Assembly (NCBI GenBank): GCA_951804945.1
Contig: OX638152.1
Span: 46,624,001-46,688,000, forward strand
Origin: Podarcis cretensis
Taxonomy: Eukaryota
Direction: 5' to 3'
DNA: 64,000 nt
How positions within the stretch are numbered: the stretch's first letter is position 1; each line of letters begins with the position of its first letter. This document shows, piece by piece, positions 1-12,413 of this stretch. Position numbers and translations under genes: made by a program. The notes beneath the pieces are model-generated. The model had not been told where the DNA came from and ran no database searches. It saw nothing but the letters and a program-made list of their open reading frames with translations.

Positions 1-2159
1 TTCACTTTTAGAAATACCCTCTTCAGAAGCAGAATGACACATTTTCATCTTTAGCCCAAAGTCTTATATGATGTTTCAGTGTAAACAAATATGACATGTG
101 ATTGCTGGCTATGTGACTGTTAAGATTCATATTCAGTTGTCACCACAATGTCACAGTTTGTGGCAGAGGCTTGTTTTAGCTGTAGTAGTGTAAATAGCTA
201 CTTGTGTTGCTGCAATCAGAGCAGCCTGCAAGGTCTTGAAACTGAAGCAGTGTTCAAATCTTTTCTGCTTCCCAGACTAACCTGTTACTACAGCTGTAAG
301 GAATCGTAGGGCTGCATTGATGTCATATACCAAGGTATAACCTAACAGGACTAGGATGCTGTGTAAGGGGCAGTTGCGAGGGCAGACTGCCTCTGTCCCT
401 GTAGAGATACACTATCTTGCAGCTACATCACATCAGGGGTAGAAAAATGAGTGTTGGTGCAACAATGCCTAGAGCTTGGTGCTGTGGTTTTTATGAGTGC
501 TGTGTCTGAGCAGCAGTTTATCAAATTAAGTAATTAATCTTTAATATCCTGCAAGTGTTCTGCAGTAACTGGTCTGCATGACATCTGTTTCAGGGATCAT
601 GTTGTACACAACTCCTGAAGTCTCAGCATGCTGGGCTTCTGCCCATAGTTATTCCTGCTCCATTTATGAAACTATTGGATGTGGTGTGCAATGAACAATC
701 TCCACTCCTGACTTCCTGTCATTAGCATGGTGTTTGCTTTCCTAGCTAAAAGGTACCTGTCTCTTCTAAGAGTACTTTCCTTGCTTTTGGCTATACACTA
801 CAGCACGTCTGGGGGGAAAACTTAACTGCTGTGCTGACATGTCATTAACTAAATAAAAGTGACATGCCTGTCTTCAGTATTTGCCATTGTGTTTCTGTGC
901 GCATAGACCCAGCATTAGACAGGATTAAAATCAGTCTCTTGAATTCTACGGAATAATCTACCCACTTAACTTTTCCATTAAAACTCCTAGGGAGAGTGGA
1001 GCATTGCATGCACAGATTAGAACTTGGGAGGAGGGTTTATATACAGGGTACATAGAAGGAAGCCAGCTTCGCTCTTGTTCACTCAAGCAATTGCTTCACT
1101 TTTTGTGTAGCCCAGCGATATAGCTCCACTGCTTGAGGAGCTTCTCTAAATGTTGGCCTACTGGATTAGGCTTAAGGAATTCACAGTTTCATCATCGTGA
1201 CTTGGGGGACAGAGACCTCTTTTCATCAGAAATGTGTAGGTGGTGTGACGGACAGGCCATGGGTCTTCCTCCTTGTGACCCGGCAAACCAGCTAGAGCTG
1301 CTGAGACCATCGGCTAATCAGGAGAGAGAGGGGCAATTCATGGTGTGTAATTATATATACATACAGATTTTTCCAGAGTGCCTCCTTAAACTTCTAGGTG
1401 GGGAGTGAGTCGACACCAAGGAGACTTCACATAAGTACAACACCTTGCTGCTGTGAAATCTTAAATGCTTCCACAAACAGTTAATTATAGCTCGCTACTG
1501 TGTAATGCAGAAGTTTTACTGGCAAAACACCCAAACTATGGATCACGTTACCCAGCACCCATCCTTCAGTGATTGTGTCTGTCACAGGTGGCTTACTTCC
1601 ATGTCTGGGGACACTGGTCTCAACAATTCAATACCCAGGTTTTGAGTGCAATTCTACACTTTGTTGAAGTCCGCAGCAATTATGGCCAACAAAGTAGCAA
1701 GACTTACCTACTTATTGAGGAAATACTGCCAATGTTTAAAAAGCAAAGGTTAAAAGCCAACTACAATGCAAAGCACGAGTCTTACCTAAAATATAATTTT
1801 TCTGAATAGTCTCTAATAAAATTATTCACAAAAAGCCTTATTCTCGAGCTGTTTCTAGCTTATGTTTAAAGTTAAACCTTTAATCCTTTCTCTGCTGAGC
1901 TCTCAAATGTTGCTGCCCAAATCTCTGAATCTTCTTATCTCCAAAACTGTGTCACTGCCTATAAAAAGATATCAACTTGTCAATCATTATCAGCATATGC
2001 AATATTTATAGCTGCTGCTTCTATTCCAGTTAGAAGAACTATGACGAGCACAGCAGAAGGCAGCATTTATATTGGCATGGCCACAAATCTTTAAACAGGT
2101 TGACACACAAGTGTATAGCTTGAGATGTCTCCTTCTCTAGATGTGACTAACTTAAGTAA

Positions 2160-2450
2160 GCAGTTTTCTGCTGCTCCAGAGAAGCGGGTACGGAGCAATG
2201 GTTCCAAACTACAAGAAAAAAGATTCCACCTAAACATTAGGAAGAACTTCCTGACAGTAAGAGCTGTTCGACAGTGGAATTTGCTGCCAAGGTGTGTGGT
2301 GGAGTCTCCTTCTTTGGAGGTCTTTAAGCAGAGGCTTGACAACCATATGTCAGGAGTGCTCTGATGGTGTTTCCTGCTTGGCAGGGGGTTGGACTCGATG
2401 GCCCTTGTGGTCTCTTCCAACTCTATGATTCTATGATTCTATGATTCTAT
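2160..2450 (+). mobile_element. CR1 LINE, 5'-truncated young copy (ORF2 C-terminus + 3' UTR)
   Basis: ORF 2125-2364 carries the CR1 ORF2 end (RSNGSKLQEKRFHLNIRKNFLTVRAVRQWNLLPRCVVESPSLEVFKQRLDNHMSG*); 3' UTR GGGGGTTGGACTCGATG and (ATTCTATG)n tail; possible 7-bp TSD TAAGTAA at 2153-2159 and 2450-2456. Confidence 0.95.
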
Positions 2451-2596
2451 AAGTAATTTATTTGGTACTAGTGCTGTCATGAGCACTATCCAAGAAGTAC
2501 CCAAAATAGCCACACTCATTATGGGAATGAGTATTAGTGCTGTTAACGAATGAATTCATTTATTCTGGGTTATATTCAACTAAGTCATAATTGGAG

Positions 2597-2662
2597 TATT
2601 ATTATATTATTTATTAAATTCGTATACCATCCTATAACCGCAGGTCTCAGGGTGGTTCAGAC
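2597..2662 (-). mobile_element. L2-type LINE/SINE 3' end remnant
   Basis: (TTA)n-like tail followed by TTTATTAAATTCGTATACC...TCTCAGGGTGGTTCA, resembling squamate L2 3' termini. Confidence 0.5.
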
Positions 2663-3121
2663 ATATTGATTTCAGTATGTTTACTCAGAGAGCGTATGAC
2701 TAATGCCAGTTATTATCCTTTATAACAAGCTAAATTTATGTAACACCTTTCTGCCAATGCATTCAAGGTGCTTTACAATTAAAAATAATAACACAAAATA
2801 AGACACATTTGTCAGGCCAATGGTGATGTCTATGGAACATGAGCCTATTGGCTTCTCTTTGTTTTTCTGTGTGTCTTTTACACCAGATACAGTTTTCTGT
2901 TAAGAGTACAGCAATGTTTTATATGCCTACCACACAGATTTTTTTTGAATTCTCACCAGGCGGGGGTGGGGGGAGAGCTTGGAAGGGCTTGGGAAAGGGC
3001 CAGAGTTCAGCAGTAGAGTTTTACATGCAGAATGTACTAGGTTCAATCTGCAGCATGTCAGGAAGGGATGGAAAAGCTTACTGTTTGAGTGCAGCACTCC
3101 ATACTTTCAATCAGTGAAGAC

Positions 3122-3241
3122 CAGGGATGGGGAACCTGTCGTTCAACTACAATTCCCATTACTCTAACCACTGATCATGCTGTCTGGGGCAAATGGGTTG
3201 CAGTCCAAAACATCTAGTGTCCCACAAGTTCCCCACTTCTG
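3122..3241. mobile_element. hAT-type MITE, diverged
   Basis: TIR-like ends CAGGGATGGGGAACCTG / CAAGTTCCCCACTTCTG; internal ACTACAATTCCCAT motif shared with other hAT MITEs in the window. Confidence 0.8.
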
Positions 3242-4736
3242 GTATGCACCAAACTGAACCGATATGACTCAGTAGAAGACAGCTTGCTGTGTTCCAAAGC
3301 TCCTACACTTGCAAAACTGGTTGAACTGAAGACATAAAAATGTAAATTGTTATATTAAGAATCCTAACAAAACTGCTTCTTTATTATTATATCTTAGAGG
3401 CAAACACTGGAATGCTTAATAAATGTAACTTTCCTTTTAATTCTTGTGTTTCCATAATCATTTTATCAGTGTCATAAAACTCTACTAGACTGCACCATTG
3501 CAATTATCCATTTTTATTTTTAACTTTTTACAGCTTCTTTTGTACATTACTATGCATGCAAACTACCTAATGTAAGTAGTAATAAAGCTGCTAATAATAA
3601 TGGAAAGGTTAAACTTAATATAATTAAGCCTGATGTTCAATTAAAACTGCCCACTATGCTAAGCACAATGCCAGAAAAGACGATAGTAGATTATCTATCT
3701 TGCCATCTAAAGAGCAAACATACCTATTGTACCACCTTCCTATCACTGCTGGACAATAGTGTTTCAGTGGTTTGCAACCATTTTTCAGTGGTTTGGAAAG
3801 CCTTGACCAGCAATGATATTCCATGGATATTTTTTAACCTGATGGTTGCCGAATTACAATCTTTGTAAAATAAATACAATGTGGATGGAATGACTGGCCT
3901 CTTTTATGTATGTTACTGAAAATAAATTCATGTATAGTACAGTACAGGAGGCATCATCACAACCACAGTTTGACACAAGCAGTACTATATACTCGCTTCT
4001 CATTAAGCAGAGCTTAGAATTTGTTCTGATATTTCATGTGTCTGAAATCTATTGTCTATGTCTGACTGAAAGAATAAGGATCCTTTAGTCAAAGGCTGTG
4101 CCCTCCTTCGTTAATACAATGCCATGTACAATGATGACATATACTATGTCATTTTAAGAGATTATGATACAAACAAGGATGTTCCCTACCGTGTATACTG
4201 TACTATCTTGGCTAAAATCCAGGGAACATTTAAACATTATTGTGAAAATGGCCTTATCCCACTGATTTCTGTCTGAGAAGGGGTGGGAACCTCCAGCACA
4301 CAGGCCAAATACAACATCTTTTATCCAGCCTTGGAGACTTGTCACATCCATACCAATCTTGCTCTGCATACTCCTCAAGTGCTTTGGCCTACCTAGAATG
4401 TGTCTTTGAAATGTAATGATGCATTTTGCTTGCCTGGGAAAATGCAAAAGATAGTTTGTAGAAACCTCTGTCTTCTCCATGACTAGTCAAATCCATTCCT
4501 CAACCCACCTTTGGTTCTGGCCCTACTGCCCACCACTGACATGCAACTCCTGTAAGCTTGCCCATCAGGGAATGCAGCTGAAAAGGTACCCCGACCTTGT
4601 GTCAGATTTAACCTTAGTGTTTTAGTACTAGCATGTCATTTCAAGGGATCAATACATGTTAACTTTTTGTCAGAATGCATTCATATCAGTGTAAATAATT
4701 TCATCTTATTTTTATCCTCTTATAAGTTAACTCTCC

Positions 4737-4884
4737 NNNNNNNNNNNNNNNNNNNNNNNNNNNNNNNNNNNNNNNNNNNNNNNNNNNNNNNNNNNNNNNN
4801 NNNNNNNNNNNNNNNNNNNNNNNNNNNNNNNNNNNNNNNNNNNNNNNNNNNNNNNNNNNNNNNNNNNNNNNNNNNNNNNNNNNN
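4737..4884. other. assembly gap (148 N)
   Basis: run of N. Confidence 1.
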
Positions 4885-7800
4885 AAGTTGCCTCTACCTG
4901 ATTTTCAGTGATTCCTCCTTACCCCCTGCATTCCACCTCAGCCCACCCAATTCAGGAGGTTCCCAGGAGAGGCTTTTCAGGGAACTGCTAGGGGGTGGAC
5001 CATAAGCATCATCAATACACCAGCACATCTCTGGATGCAAGTCACAGGCGTTTTATCTTAGGAAATTGTGATGAAGATGTAACCATATTTATTTTAATAA
5101 ATATGGAAAGGCTTGTGTTATTCAGAAGACATTTGAAACCTCTGGAAATCTCCTACATTAATTAGTGTCTCCAACTCTGATATTTCTTAATAATATGGTA
5201 AATAGCAATATGGTAAATGGTATCTCATAAGGAGATACTATGCTGCATGTAAAAAAAACTAGCAGCCCCTGCAGATAGGACAGTGGGACTGTGACATGAC
5301 ATTGGCAGTTACTTTAGATCAGAATCCTGTTCACTGGTCCTCTTTCAGCCTACATGCATTCAAGTCTTACAGAAAGCAGGCTCTCTGCTCACATAGGTAA
5401 GCCTATACACAAACTTTTTGTGCACACATTAGATTGTGCATAAAGTCTATTACATCTCCTTCTATGTTTCACCAATTAAAATACAGTTTTGCTATAGATC
5501 CTTAATAGTTGCAACTCAAAATTCCACATACAAGAAGCAGAAAGCAAAAGACCTGATAACAAGGCTATTCCCGACTAAACAAAACCAATCACTAAATACT
5601 CTAGACTGAGCAATCTAGTAAATCAAGTTACATACCTAAAGTGAAAGACAAAAAATTCCCATACCAATTTAACCTAGGTGAATATGCCTTTCTTAGCTCA
5701 ACATGGGGTACAAGCTTTGACCCAATTTCAAAGCAAAATTTGAACACCAAGTTCTGTCTGAAAGCAATTCCTAGCCTTCTATTGCATCTCCACAAGCAGT
5801 TACTAAATTGTATTTAATATTTGAAAGAAAGACACACTGCATATTAAACACCTCTGATTCTTATTACTTTCCTGCACACACACTACTACTTAAAGTGGAA
5901 TTTCTCTTTGCCCTGTTCCCATTCCTGCCCCTCATCCATCTCTTTTTCTCTCTTCCCGTGCTCAGCACTAGAATAGCATAATCGAGCACAGGTATGACTA
6001 AATGGTGAACCACTATCTTGTAAGCCTACAAATTGGGCCATCCCTCTCATAATTTTATTGTGAGGCCTAATAGTGATAGGCAACATGTAAGTAATAAATT
6101 ATTACATTATTAAATAAATAAAAACATCATTATTAAAGATAACTGCACCCAAAGACAAAGGCAAGTAGTTGACTCTTGACCTTACAGAAAATAGGGCCTC
6201 TTAGAAGTTCCCAAAATAGAATGCTTGAAAGTAATTTGGAGCATTTACTGAGTTTCTGTATTTTGCAGCTACAAAGCAACAATCAGTAAACAACAAGGAT
6301 TAGGATTGGAGATAAAAGCTTAAGCAGTAGGTAACAGAAGCAGTGCAAATATACACCAGACTCATTTAAGAAACTCTCTCCACTACCACAACTTCTACTG
6401 TGTGAAATACCATGTGAAAGAGGCCTTTAATGCACCAGATATTACATAACAAATCAGTGAAGTGAAAATACAGAAGTGTATTGTAGAGGATGGAACTAGT
6501 GCATTTTAAAGATTAGGTGCTAAATTTTAAAGGTCTAAAACAACTATGGCAGTACTAGGCAGGGCAACTAATATGTGCACTACCACCTTACCTTACCTTA
6601 GTTATCTTCTGTTTCCCACGAAGACCACTGCTACTGGTGTCTCCCAGAAAGTATAAAGGCTCAGACTGCTTTCCTCTCAAACCAAGAACTTGGCACAGGA
6701 GCAGAAAAGGAAGATTTGTTAGCCATGTCCATGGGAGAGACCTACAACAAGGGGGTGGGGAGGTAGAGATGTTACTAAATAACAAAAAATAAGCTACTCC
6801 CACTCATTGTTAAGCAAATAAACTGTCAAATAAGTCCCCAAAGAGCAACAGGGTGGTTTGCACATGGAATGGGTTGCTCCACTCCTATGATTAAGGGGGG
6901 GGGGGAGAGAGCTGAGTTTGCATTCACTAGTGAATGAAAAAAATATGCTAAAATGCTAAGCAGATACTAGCCCAGGCAACTGACAAATAATTTTGGAGTT
7001 GAGACCTGCTAGTAACTTAAAAGAATATATACATGCAAAGCTTTTCCAAGGCAACAGGCTGACTGAGGCTGTATTCCAATTGCTAATTTACTTGGGAGTA
7101 GCTCCCATTTAAGAGAGTGGGCCTTTCTTCTCAGTAAGCAGCCACAGGGTAAATTTGGGGTGCAGCAGCTTGTTTGTTTTAACAAAAAGACAGAAGAAAA
7201 TGTTACTAACTTCGCATTTTTCTCAGAAGCAACCCAAAGGTTTGGTTTAATTTTGTCTGGAGATGGAACAGCTGCACAATTAATGGCAAATTTGCATACC
7301 AGCCAGATAAGACTGTAAGGTTTTGGTGTGGTCAGCATTTGCTGGATACAAAACCCCTTCATTCCCTCAGAACAGACAAACCACGACACCCATCCTCCAC
7401 AAGGAACACCTACCCCGTAACAGGTAAGACTGCTATTTCTAGACTACAAAAGCAACCGACTCTCTTTCTATAGTAGGGAAGAGTGGAGCAGCCTGGGAAG
7501 AAGGGGCGGAACTGGGGCTGCTGACTACACTGAGCATGTGCAGCATTCCAAACTAGCTGAGTTCTGATTTAAATGCAGCAAGCAGGTGGGCTGCAGCTGC
7601 TCATGATGTTCCTAGCACAGCAACGCATCTCTGATTATCATCATCAAACAAACGTGGTAGAGCTGGGTGGTTCAGGTATGTGGAGAGTAAGCTGTTGGTT
7701 TCAGCCTTGGGGGATTGAGCTAGGAAAGGCATGCCTGGCTCATGTGTCCATTCTGCTTGTCATATCATAAGAGATGGGCTGTTGTTATTTTACTAATGAG

Positions 7801-7986
7801 TTCAGTAATGGGATGGCACAGAAATATTGCTTATAATGAAACAATAAATAATGCTGGTACAGTAACCCTCCCCAGCACCAGCCAGTGTTGTATCTTTTCC
7901 TGGCCTTCTCTGCATATAAATGAAGTGTAAAAGTAGACAGCGATCCCTCATAAAACCTTTCCTTCCACAAATTATAATCACTAGTA

Positions 7987-8212
7987 CAGTGGTACCTCGG
8001 GTTACATATGCTTCAGGTTACATACGCTTCAGGTTACAGACTCCGCTAACCCAGAAATAGTGCTTCAGATTACGAAATTTGCTTCAGGATGAGAACAGAA
8101 ATCGGGCTCCGGCGGCATGGCGGCAGTAAGTGTGGTGCTTCAGGTTAGGAACAGTTTCAGGTTAAGAACGGACTTCCAGAATGAATTAAGTACTTAACTC
8201 AAGGGACCACTG
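7987..8212. mobile_element. Tc1/mariner-superfamily MITE (CAGTGGTACCTCGG TIR family, subtype A)
   Basis: TIRs CAGTGGTACCTCGGGTT / AACTCAAGGGACCACTG, TA TSD at 7985-7986 and 8213-8214; internal sequence is the reverse complement of the copies at 23497 and 31014. Confidence 0.93.
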
Positions 8213-9008
8213 TACAGGTATGAGGAACCAGTGGCCAGCAAGAGTGGGGAGTGATTTGACACTAGGGAGCCCTAGGATTTTGACAAGCCCTGGCAGTTTG
8301 GCTGGCCGATTGGATGCGGCATAAGATCTTCTGAGAAAGGTTTCCAATCTAGGCTCTCCAAACAAGAACTGAAGGCTGCAAAATCCTGCCTTACATTCTC
8401 ACAGCCAAAGGGGAATAGCTAAGGCCTGCCACTGCCAAGTTGGAACGGAATAGGAAGCATGTGTAACTGACCCTTTCTAATTAGGATGAGACCATGGCTC
8501 TATTCAGGCATTTTCTCCATTTTGCTTGTTGTGGGCATTGTGGAAAATTTAAATTGTGATTCCCAGTCCCCCCCCCCTTTTTTTTCTGGTGATCAAACGG
8601 CTGCTCCTAGGTTTTAGCTATCTAGGAATAGGGCTCATCTGAGGCATTTTGCTGAGGGACACCGTAAACCAGCCTGAAGGAGGAGTCAGTCTGTTTCAGC
8701 CACAAAATAGGTTGATTTCTTATCTCAAAGGAAGAGAGAATCATCTGTATTTTTTCAGCACACATCCTAGAATCTTGGTACATAGCGTGCTTTTGCAGTG
8801 CAGTCCTCTTTTGTCTGGGAATGCCTGCTTACCCTCAATAGAGGAGCACAAAATAAGTAGCACTCTGGAGCAAACATCTCATGCAGGCCATGCTTCAGAG
8901 TGGCAGATGTAAAACCTTTATGCAATTATGAAGTATCCTCATATCTGTGCATTACATTCCTAGCAACAGCTGTCAGTGATGTGGAGACAATGCATGCACA
9001 TGCAGTTA

Positions 9009-9203
9009 GAGTGGACCCTCCGGATACGAACTTAATTCGTTCCAGGGGTCCTTACATACCCCAAAAAGTCCACAACATGAGGTGCTGCTTCAGCACACGC
9101 ACATGGCGCAATAGACCGCTTCTGCGTATACACTTCCAGGTTTGCCGTGTTTGCAACCCAAAAGTTACGTTATACGAAGGTAACGTAACCCAAGGGTCCA
9201 CTG
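9009..9203. mobile_element. Tc1/mariner-superfamily MITE (related subtype)
   Basis: TIRs GAGTGGACCCT / AGGGTCCACTG, TA on both sides, AACTTAATTCGTTCC subterminal motif shared with subtype A. Confidence 0.85.
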
Positions 9204-11550
9204 TACTGATGTGGCCTTGTGCTGTTTGGATACTGCTGGGTATGACTCTAGTCAGTAGAAGGTAGGGTTGAGACAAACAGGATAAATATACATTGTGATT
9301 TCCCACAATGGCCTCTCTTATGCAAGAGTATGCCATGAAAGTAGCTCTAGCCATGTAGTTTGATTCAGAACCCATCCTTGTGAATATCAAGTAACTGTAA
9401 ATAAGGAACTTTTTTTCTTTACTAATGGAGCTTCTGTATGTTTTATTTTGCCTTTTAAGCAATGCCAGTGACATGTGAAAATGAGACAGGGGGGGATGGT
9501 GAGAGTAATTCCAGGCAGCTCCCGTTTCCAAGCTTTTAACTCTGCTGCATATGTGTGTGTGTGCATAAAATAAGCCAACCAATTTATTTATTTTTAACCT
9601 ATCAAGAACTAATGTGATGATGTGATTTTCAGCACTAGTCAAGAGGAGCTAAAGTGTTTAAATTGGCCTGAGAATCAAGCTGTTAGTTACACATCTACAA
9701 CTTGTATACTTGTGTCACAAGCATAATGCTGTTGGGAAAGTGAATAACTTCTAAAAATGGAAGTTAGTCAGAAGTGTTCATTTACTCAGATTCTCCTCAG
9801 CTGTAATGGATGGTAAATGTTTGCTTTACTCTGTGTAGGTCCCACATTATAAGAAATTGCAATGAATATTCATTTTGTTGCCTTACCACTTTACCATCAA
9901 TGAAAATGAGGGATTAACTAAGGCAATACTTTATTTCCTTCTGTAATTGTGAATGCATAACATTCATTATATTATTAATCCATCTTGAAATGTTCATACA
10001 AAGCTATTTTGAGCCATTAGTTGCGTCACTGTAATTGATGGATTACTGCATTAACGTTTAATTTAGTTTTGTTTTCAAGGCATAACACTCAGTTTCATTC
10101 AAGTTAATTGTATAACCAAATAAGGAAATAAATTGTTCCAGGAGAAAGCATAATGCGATTTAAGGATTCTTCCCAATTCAAGCGATTTGTTTTTGGCCTC
10201 AGAAGAAGTTGCAGTTTAACTTTTAGATTTGAAATCTAAAAATGCCACACACACACACACCTGGCTAAAAGGGGGGGGGGAGTTTTTCAGCTGAAAATTG
10301 TGCTTGAAAGAAATTTGAACAATTTTTTATTCATAAAGGCTTGATAAATAAATTCTTAAGTTTCTCTTCCTCTACCAGAGTTTAATCCCCTCTCCAAAAT
10401 CAAGACTAGGTAAGGTATTATTTTGACAACACATAAATCAACAAATAAAAACTAGACTCTGTTAAATTATAAAATACTAGTATAAATAAAAATTATTCAG
10501 TATGGCACACCAGATTCCCCATCCAATTGTGTATTTAAAAGTCACCAACATTATGTTGTTGTTGTTCGCTGTTTCTCAAATTATGCTTATATTTAAAATG
10601 TATTATATGAGCCATATTTATATTCACTTGTCTGTGCTAGTAAGAACATTTATCTAATACAAAAAAATATGCATATGCCCATTTGGCTTCTGTATGTTAT
10701 TGAAAACTGTGTCTCAAGTCTGTGAAATGTTACAGTTTAAAGTTTCACTGGTGCAGTAATTTGCTTTTTTCCTCCTAAGCTTTTATAAGAAGCTGTTTTT
10801 ATACTTAGGCCAGGGATCCATCTAACCCCTCACCTCTACTTTGACTGGTACTTCTCTCTGTGAGAATACTTCTCTATACGAGAAGATCGGTACTTTTCTC
10901 TTCCAGCTTACAACCTGATCTTGTTAAGGCAGAGAGACAAAGAATGAACCTTGGCTGCGCAAAACATGAGGTTTATCATTCAGAAGGCTCTCCCTTTCCC
11001 CAAAGGTCCAATCTTTTTCACTTTTTGCGCAGAGGTTCCAACTTGAGCTGACCACCACAGCACTGCAAACAAGTAGGTTACTAGCTGTGAACTGCTCTTT
11101 ATCTGCCGATACAGCAAGTCTTAGGATCAGGCTGCAAGGGGTACATTTTATTATATATTGTTTCAGAAAGAAAAATGAAGAGAGAAACCGCAAGCGTGAG
11201 AAATTACTCTGGTAGATGCAGCATAGCTCATTTGCCTCCAGCATCAGCTGGGGGTAGATGTCATATATTCATGTCATGGCATAATGGCACACTCTAGGCT
11301 ATTCTCATATACATTCTCATTCCAAACTCATTTGTCAGTTGTCTGTAAATCCAACATCTTCCTCATGCGGGCTAGTTTATATATCTTTTTCTCAGCTGGT
11401 TGTAAACAAATTCCATGTACTGTATGGCAGGTGACAAATAGATGGAATTGACCAGGTGAGGTTTTGGTGCAATCTACACGTTGCAGATAGGCCAGGCTGT
11501 AGCTTATTTACTGGAATTATTTGGAAAGGATGGCAGCTGTCATATCACAA

Positions 11551-11552
<2 letters not shown>

Positions 11553-11597
<45 letters not shown>
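11553..11597. repeat. (AT)n microsatellite
   Basis: perfect dinucleotide run. Confidence 0.99.
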
Positions 11598-11600
<3 letters not shown>

Positions 11601-12284
11601 GCTTTGCAGGACTGAACCCATTGTTGTTGCTTAGAAGGATTTGCTTTGTACTTGTAATTGATCGCTTTGTAATGGTTCAGCTTAAATGCATAAATCATTA
11701 TGAAGCACTTAGGCAGCGCTATATTCCTATCCCATTTGGTGTCTGACTTGATCATATGGGGAGGGGGGAGGTTGGCATCATGCATCTACTTGCATGCATT
11801 GGGAATCCCAGTAGTGGTAAACCATGTGACTGTGCACAAGTCTGTGAGCGTACAGTCATATACTGTACTTAGGTACAGTCCTCTGCCATATTTGGGGAAT
11901 TCCCCACATATGAAGAGATAAATTGGTTTGTTAGTGATAAGGAAATGGTGTGCTGTTGTTCTGAGTGACTTCCAAGATCCAGCCACAGATTGTTGAGTGT
12001 CAGCTGGAAAAAAAAGGAAAACAGATGGGTGACGAGAATTCACCTGGTTGAACCTCTAAATATCTGGTACCCTGGGGGGATGATTTGGGTGTCAGGGGAA
12101 TGAGTAACTCTGTGTTCCAAGGGTGAGAACCCTCAGATCCTGAATGAAGCCCTCCAAACCTCTGTCTGACCTTCAGCATTCCCAAGACCACCCTCTCACA
12201 GGCACTGTTTCACACCATGAGTGTTTTTACCTGGCTGGAATGTGTCCTTGAACCCTGATAATGCCTCTGTCTTGTCCGTCCTCA

Positions 12285-12413
12285 TAAATTTACATTTATT
12301 ACTCTGCTCACTTTTGCCTCTGGCCCCACCCCACCCACCAGTGGTATGTGGCTCCTGGAAGATTGCCCAAGAGGTGATGCAGCCCTTGGGCTGAAATCGT
12401 TCCCCCCAGCCTG
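12285..12413. mobile_element. hAT-type non-autonomous element fragment
   Basis: ends in GCAGCCCTTGGGCTGAAATCGTTCCCCCCAGCCTG (TIR-like); a related diverged copy lies at about 4505-4600. Confidence 0.5.

Noticed and set aside
7350-7560. Possible DIRS-like terminal remnant (ACAGGTAAG; GGGGCGGAACTGG..ACTGAGCATGTGCAG)
   Set aside because: Only short motifs, with no boundaries or coding remnant to support it
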